Source: Oligoflexia bacterium (lineage in GTDB: Bacteria; Bdellovibrionota_G; JANQFH01). From it: 64,000 bases of DNA. The stretch is from positions 272,400-336,399 of the forward strand of contig JANQFH010000068.1 in assembly GCA_028277945.1 (NCBI GenBank), read 5' to 3'. Both the position numbers and the translations under genes were made by a program. Below, piece by piece: positions 58,823-64,000 of this stretch. The notes under the pieces are model-generated. The model saw only the letters and a list, made by a program, of their open reading frames with translations, was not told the DNA's origin and did not search any database. The stretch's first letter is position 1, and every line of letters starts with the position of its first letter.

Positions 58823-61376
58823 GTTTTGCTAAGGGTGCTACCGCGGCCATCGGTGGCTGCTTCTCAAGGGCAAAGATTGCCGACCAAATCTCTGGACACC
58901 CCAGCTCTTGGGTGAGGAATTGTCCAACACGGGGTGGAGCGCCTTGGCTGCTATTCCACTTTAGGGTGAACTCTACATCCAGTGGATTTTGATTGTAGAG
59001 GATAAAGTTTTCTAGAAGGCTAGCCGAGCAATCTCCCTGATCTTTGTGGCTGGCGAGCTGCGTTGCCCTCTTGCCTACCGAGTTGACCACCACGGCTTGT
59101 TCAACTGAGAGCTCATCGCCAATTTGTCTAAGGCGGAAACGACTCTGGCATGGTTTGCTAATGTTTTCTCCCACGGCTTTTTCATGGATTTCAATGGCAC
59201 TGAGTTCTTCAGGTAGAAAATCGTGCAGCTGAACTAAGAGCTTGTCTGCAATGAACTCTGGCAACTCTCCGAGCACATGGAATTGTACCTGCTCATAGCC
59301 ACTGGCAACACCAACGGGTAGTGCCGGAGAAAAACTGAGTTTGGCATGAGGTGAGTAGCCCTGGGAATACTTTAAGTACAGACCGTTTTGTTTCAGCGCC
59401 TGTTTGAGACCGCGTTCGATAAGATTGGCCATATCACGCTGTCCGAGCCAGCGCAGCTTACCCTGTTTGGTATAGGTGAGAACCAACGTTGTAAACGTGT
59501 TTGGGTCGATTGCATTGCCCGCTTGGTTTTCAAGTGGTTTGGTGTCAATGAGTTCGTCAAGGCGATCGACCTTGGGTGCCAATTTGATGTCCTTGTAGTT
59601 GCCGGGGATGCCGCAGTGGTGACAATCACCCCACTTGCAGTCACTGACACCAACGCCGGCATAGGCACGCTGACGTTCCTTAGCGAGATAGTTTTTTGCC
59701 AAGCCAATGTGGATAAAGTCCCACGGTAGCAATTTGTCCATAGGTTGCTCGCGAATAAAGGGCATGGGATCGACAGCCGATTCCTCAAAGGCGCGCATCC
59801 AACCGGCGAAATTGAAATGCTCGGAGAAGCTATCGAAGCAGTGGCCGTTCTTATAATAGTTGTAGATCGCTTTGGCCACGGAACGGTCACCCCGGCTAAG
59901 CACGCATTCGATAAAAGCCTCTTTGGGCTCATGCCATTTGAGCTTTGTCTGTCTGTGGATGAGGTTTTCTTGCAGGTAGCGCAAGTGATCTTCCAGCTCG
60001 GCCAACTCTCGAAAGGGTTCCCACTGAAAGGGGGTAAAGGGTTTGGGCACAAAGGTGCCAATGCTGACGTGCACTCGCTTGGGGCGACCACTCTTTGGCG
60101 CTATCCCGAGGATGTTTTCCGTTAGCGTGATGATGCTCTTAATGTCGGTACGGGTCTCTGTAGGTAGGTTGATCATGATATAGAGTTTGATGAGGTTCCA
60201 ACCTTTGCTAAAGGCAATACGAGCAGCCTCCAACATTTCAGCATCGGAGATGTTTTTGTTGATCACACGGCGTAGCCTCTCACTACCTGCTTCAGGTGCG
60301 AAGGTGAAACCACTGCGACGCACTTCACCCGCTTGATCGGCGAGTTTGACCGAGAGCGCGTCAGCACGCAACGACGGCAGTGAAATGGAAATCTTGTCCT
60401 GTTTGAACTGCTGGTTGATCGCCCGGGTGAGTGGTTCCACTTGCGAGTAGTCTGCTGTCGACAGGGAGAGCAGACCAAGCTCATCTACACCCGTGGCATC
60501 GATTCCCTTTTTAGCTAGTTTAAGAATGTCTTGGACTGCCATCTCACGTGCGGGACGATAGAAGTAGCCAGCTTGACAGTATCGACAGCCTTGGGTGCAA
60601 CCACGCATCACCTCGACGCTAACGCGGTCGTGTACGGTTTTGATCACAGGTACTAATGGGGTTTCCGGGTAGTTGGCGGGGTTGAGATCACTTACCCAGC
60701 GCCGTTTGATACGCTCGGCAAATGGAATCGATTCATTACGCTGAATTCTAGCTGCATGGTTGTGGATTTGTGGCACATAAAAACCCCGTAGCTGCGCCAG
60801 TGCCTCAAGTCGACGCTGTCGGCTAGGGATGTCACGAAAAATCTGCAACATCTCCTCTATCGCCTCTTCAGCATCGCCTATGAGAATAAAATCAAAAAAA
60901 TCAGCAACCGGTTCTGGATTGCACATGGTGGGTCCACCCGCAGCGATAATCGGGTCGTAATTACGGCGCTGGTCTGCAAAGAGAGGAATCTGCGCCAAAT
61001 CCAACAGGTAGGGTATGTTGCTGTAGTTGAGCTCGGTTTGCAGAGAGAAGCCAACGAGATCAAGCTTCTTTAAAGGAGTACGGCTCTCTAGCGTAAGCAG
61101 TGGTAGCTCGCGTTGTTTGAGCAGGCTTGCCATATCGTGCCACGGAGCAAAAACACGTTCGGCGTAACTATCATCGTGGCGATTGATGAGTTCATAGAGG
61201 ATACGGATGCCATTGTGCGACATGCCGATCTCATAGATGTCTGGAAAGACTATGCCGACATGTACTTTGATTTGATCGAGCGTCTTAGTGACTGCATGGG
61301 GCTCACCGCCGACGTAGCGTCCAGGTTTTTCTACATAAGGTAGTAGAGCTTCCCATTGGCGGGCAAGACGGTGCAT
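58770..61376 (-). CDS. TIGR03960-type radical SAM protein fused to a DUF2344 (TIGR03936) domain
   Basis: KPGRYVGGE, FPDIYEIGMS, RGCTQGCRYCQAG, TFAPEAGS, YSQGYSPHAKLSF. Confidence 0.88.
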   Translation of the reverse strand: MHRLARQWEALLPYVEKPGRYVGGEPHAVTKTLDQIKVHVGIVFPDIYEIGMSHNGIRILYELINRHDDSYAERVFAPWHDMASLLKQRELPLLTLESRTPLKKLDLVGFSLQTELNYSNIPYLLDLAQIPLFADQRRNYDPIIAAGGPTMCNPEPVADFFDFILIGDAEEAIEEMLQIFRDIPSRQRRLEALAQLRGFYVPQIHNHAARIQRNESIPFAERIKRRWVSDLNPANYPETPLVPVIKTVHDRVSVEVMRGCTQGCRYCQAGYFYRPAREMAVQDILKLAKKGIDATGVDELGLLSLSTADYSQVEPLTRAINQQFKQDKISISLPSLRADALSVKLADQAGEVRRSGFTFAPEAGSERLRRVINKNISDAEMLEAARIAFSKGWNLIKLYIMINLPTETRTDIKSIITLTENILGIAPKSGRPKRVHVSIGTFVPKPFTPFQWEPFRELAELEDHLRYLQENLIHRQTKLKWHEPKEAFIECVLSRGDRSVAKAIYNYYKNGHCFDSFSEHFNFAGWMRAFEESAVDPMPFIREQPMDKLLPWDFIHIGLAKNYLAKERQRAYAGVGVSDCKWGDCHHCGIPGNYKDIKLAPKVDRLDELIDTKPLENQAGNAIDPNTFTTLVLTYTKQGKLRWLGQRDMANLIERGLKQALKQNGLYLKYSQGYSPHAKLSFSPALPVGVASGYEQVQFHVLGELPEFIADKLLVQLHDFLPEELSAIEIHEKAVGENISKPCQSRFRLRQIGDELSVEQAVVVNSVGKRATQLASHKDQGDCSASLLENFILYNQNPLDVEFTLKWNSSQGAPPRVGQFLTQELGCPEIWSAIFALEKQPPMAAVAPLAKLSGAADVEAARTHHLAL

Positions 61377-61409
61377 CTTTACTCTCTATAACCGAAAGTA
61401 AGCCGTGGT

Positions 61410-62363
61410 TCAACCAACCCTAGCTGCGGTGAGATTGTCTTGTACGGCGTCTAGATTGCGTTGCCATCCCTTATGACCACAGCGCTCAAGCGGACTATCA
61501 CCAATGAGGTCCCAGAAGGACGTTGCCGTGGGTGTTTGCAGTTTATTAAGATCCCCCTCAATCAGCAACGGGTTGATGCCGGCGTTGTAAAAGTCGCCAT
61601 CTACAGCATCACGGTTCCAAGGGCATACCTCTTGGCAGATGTCACAGCCGAACAGATGCTCAGCGACCATACTCTTCTCCTGTTGGGTGAAGTCGCCACG
61701 CTTTTCAATGGTGAGATAGGCGATGCACTTACGGCTGTCTAACGTATAGGGGGCAACTAGTGCACCGGTAGGACAGGCGTCAAGACAGGCTGTGCAGCTA
61801 CCACAGTGAGCCCTGCTTGGTTGACTGGGAGTGAGCTCAAGATCGGTGAGAATCTCGCCAAGAAAGAGATAGGATCCTAGCTTCCTATCCATGAGCATGG
61901 CGTTTTTACCAATCCAACCAATGCCTGCACGCGCTGCGTATTCGCGCTCCAGCACCGGTGCGGTATCGACACAGAAGCGTGCTCGTGCCTGCAGGCCAAA
62001 CTCAGCAGAGAAGAGCTGCCAGAATTGGCGCATTTTTGTCTTTAGCAGCTGGTGGTAATCACGACCCAGAGCATAACGGGCAACCTTCCCTTTGCGTTTG
62101 GTTTCTCCGCCTTGGCTTTGCTTCTTGCTGTTATAACTCCAGGCAAAACAGAGGATGCTACGCGCGCCTGGCAGCAGTTTTGTTGGATCGAGACGCAAGG
62201 AAGCATGTTTTTGCATGTAGTGCATCTCACCGTGCATACCAGCTGCAAGCCATTGCAGATATGCCTCTTGTTGGTCTGGGGGGGTTGTAGTAGCTACACC
62301 TACGGCATCGAGGCCAACCTCTCTGCACAGTTGGTTGAGCTTGGTTTGACTGACTTGTAACAT
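61410..62363 (-). CDS. queG: tRNA epoxyqueuosine reductase
   Basis: ARYALGRDYH, VDTAPVLER, CGSCTACLDACPT, CIAYLTIE, GCDICQEVCPWN. Confidence 0.95.
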   Translation of the reverse strand: MLQVSQTKLNQLCREVGLDAVGVATTTPPDQQEAYLQWLAAGMHGEMHYMQKHASLRLDPTKLLPGARSILCFAWSYNSKKQSQGGETKRKGKVARYALGRDYHQLLKTKMRQFWQLFSAEFGLQARARFCVDTAPVLEREYAARAGIGWIGKNAMLMDRKLGSYLFLGEILTDLELTPSQPSRAHCGSCTACLDACPTGALVAPYTLDSRKCIAYLTIEKRGDFTQQEKSMVAEHLFGCDICQEVCPWNRDAVDGDFYNAGINPLLIEGDLNKLQTPTATSFWDLIGDSPLERCGHKGWQRNLDAVQDNLTAARVG

Positions 62364-62382
62364 TTACCTGCCTGCAGCGCTG

Positions 62383-63507
62383 CTATGCTCGGAGATATTC
62401 AACCAAGTGGGTTGCAATGCGCTCTCCGGTCCGACCATCCCATTGCCATTTGCTGAAGTCCTGTGGCGTTTTGCTGTTTCCAGCAAGGATTTCGCGGCAG
62501 ACGGCCAAGACTTTGTCACTGTTGGTACCAACGAGATAGTTCGTGCCAAAATCAACGGTAAATGGCCGTTCGGTATTTTCTCTGAGCGTTACACATGGAA
62601 TATCGAGGACGCTTGTCTCCTCTTGTAGGCCGCCGGAATCGGTTAGAACCAGACGAGATTGCAACACTAGGCTGAGAAAGTTGAGATAGCTCTGCGGCTC
62701 AACCACCGAGATCTTTTGGTTGTTTTTCAACGTACCTAACAAACCAAATAGTTCGAGATTCTTTTTAGTACGTGGATGTACTGGAAAGACCAAGGGGAGC
62801 TCCTGACTCAGTTCTCCAAGCAAACCGACCATTTTTTTTAACTGTTCTGGAACATCAACGTTGGAGGGTCGATGTAGTGTGACGATGGCGTAGCCTTTGG
62901 CCGGCAGTGATAGAGCTTGCCACTGTTGCATGGCTTCCGCCTGCTTTTGATAACGCACAAGATAGTCGATCATAATGTTGCCGACCATGTGGATCTTTTT
63001 GCTGTCAACACCCTCCTTAGCGAGTTGTTCATCTGCCATTGGATGTGTGGTGAAGAGCAGCTCACATATGACATCCGTACAGATACGGTTGATCTCCTCG
63101 GGCATACGGCGGTCAAAGCTGCGCAGGCCAGCTTCTACGTGAGCAACAGGTATATGGTTTTGTACAGCAACCCAGGCGCTAGCAAAGGTGGAGTTGACAT
63201 CACCAACGACCACGACCAGATTAGGTTTTAATTGCAACAGTTCTTTCTCCAGGGCAACCATGATACGACCGGTCTGATCACCCAAAAGGCCGCCCGCTAT
63301 ACCTAAATAGATGTCAGGTTGACGTAGCTTAAGGTCGCGAAAGAAGACCTCTGACATATTGGTATCGAAATGTTGGCCGGTGTGCAGAATAACGTGTTCA
63401 ATACTTGAATGCTGTTTTAGCGATTCTTCAATCGGCCCTACCTTCATAAAGTTAGGACGCGTGCCAACAACAGAGAGGATGACGCGTTTTTGCTCAGAGG
63501 CGGACAT
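62383..63507 (-). CDS. wecB: Non-hydrolysing UDP-GlcNAc 2-epimerase
   Basis: GTRPNFMK, HTGQH, HVEAGLRS, MPEEINR, TDSGGLQEE, TERP. Confidence 0.95.
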   Translation of the reverse strand: MSASEQKRVILSVVGTRPNFMKVGPIEESLKQHSSIEHVILHTGQHFDTNMSEVFFRDLKLRQPDIYLGIAGGLLGDQTGRIMVALEKELLQLKPNLVVVVGDVNSTFASAWVAVQNHIPVAHVEAGLRSFDRRMPEEINRICTDVICELLFTTHPMADEQLAKEGVDSKKIHMVGNIMIDYLVRYQKQAEAMQQWQALSLPAKGYAIVTLHRPSNVDVPEQLKKMVGLLGELSQELPLVFPVHPRTKKNLELFGLLGTLKNNQKISVVEPQSYLNFLSLVLQSRLVLTDSGGLQEETSVLDIPCVTLRENTERPFTVDFGTNYLVGTNSDKVLAVCREILAGNSKTPQDFSKWQWDGRTGERIATHLVEYLRA

Positions 63508-63626
63508 GCCGGCTTTTACTTACCTGCGCTGTACAGTGACAGATCGTATTTGCCGTGTCAATTGCTCACAGTCTCTATGCCCTTGGCTTTCTTGACTTTT
63601 ACAGGGTGAGCTGTGAGGATACCGCT

Positions 63627-64000
63627 GTGGAAAGCATTCCCATCGTCGTTGCCGATATAGACGACGACGATGCCGCAGCGACAATGGAAGTCTTGCGTCG
63701 TCGATGGCCCGGCCAAGGTCCAAAGGTCGAGGCCCTCGAGGAGGAGGGCGCGACGTTGACGAAACGTCAGCACGCAGTAGCGTGTCACTCTGGTACTGCG
63801 GCGTTGCACTTGACGCTCTTAAGCCTTGGTGTTGGCAGCAATGATCTGGTTATGACACCAGCCTTTAGCTTTGTTGCCTCTGCCAACGTTGTGGAATACT
63901 GTGGAGCCAAACCGCTCTTTGTCGATATCGATCTCGCCACCTATAATATTGACCCAGCTGCTTTGGCAGGCCATTGCAAGCAGCAGCAGGACAAGATCGC
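63627..64000 (+). CDS. DegT/DnrJ/EryC1/StrS aminotransferase (runs off the window; absent from the ORF track)
   Basis: Own translation from GTG 63627: GPKVEALE..HAVACHSGTAALHL..PAFSFVASAN..GAKPLFVDID. Confidence 0.9.
   Translation, partial: MESIPIVVADIDDDDAAATMEVLRRRWPGQGPKVEALEEEGATLTKRQHAVACHSGTAALHLTLLSLGVGSNDLVMTPAFSFVASANVVEYCGAKPLFVDIDLATYNIDPAALAGHCKQQQDKI

Noticed and set aside
1..64000. CRISPR array, rRNA, transposase, prophage genes
   Set aside because: No regularly spaced direct repeats or matching coding signatures seen.

Overview
Bacterial chromosomal window, gene-dense and mostly housekeeping. Gene content looks deltaproteobacteria-like (Bdellovibrionota/Myxococcota-type; inference only). 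Left to right: an alpha/beta hydrolase; a minus-strand operon of TPR protein-GrpE-MoxR-DUF58-DUF4381-BatA-BatB/C-BatD-BatE-rhomboid; PHP hydrolase; a selenocysteine-containing SelD (in-frame TGA plus SECIS-like hairpin, truncated in the ORF track); folC-folP-folK; hpnH; a pruA-tdh-kbl-aminotransferase-fbaB cluster; two adjacent palindromic MITE-like elements; a ~19 kb operon with ONE Opp/Dpp-type ABC core and SEVEN diversified family-5 binding proteins, followed by ghrA, a persulfide dioxygenase and a PQQ-type sugar dehydrogenase; phnD-phnC-phnE; an AT-richer accessory patch at the 3' end of tRNA-Sec (two toxin-antitoxin pairs, an orphan antitoxin with a toxin remnant, tRNA-end-like scars, secreted orphans); a DnaA-box cluster (oriC candidate); a radical SAM fusion, queG, wecB and a truncated DegT-family gene. 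No CRISPR array, integrase or transposase was seen. All calls come from reading motifs by eye; no searches were run. The best candidate for an undescribed system is the seven-receptor ABC array.
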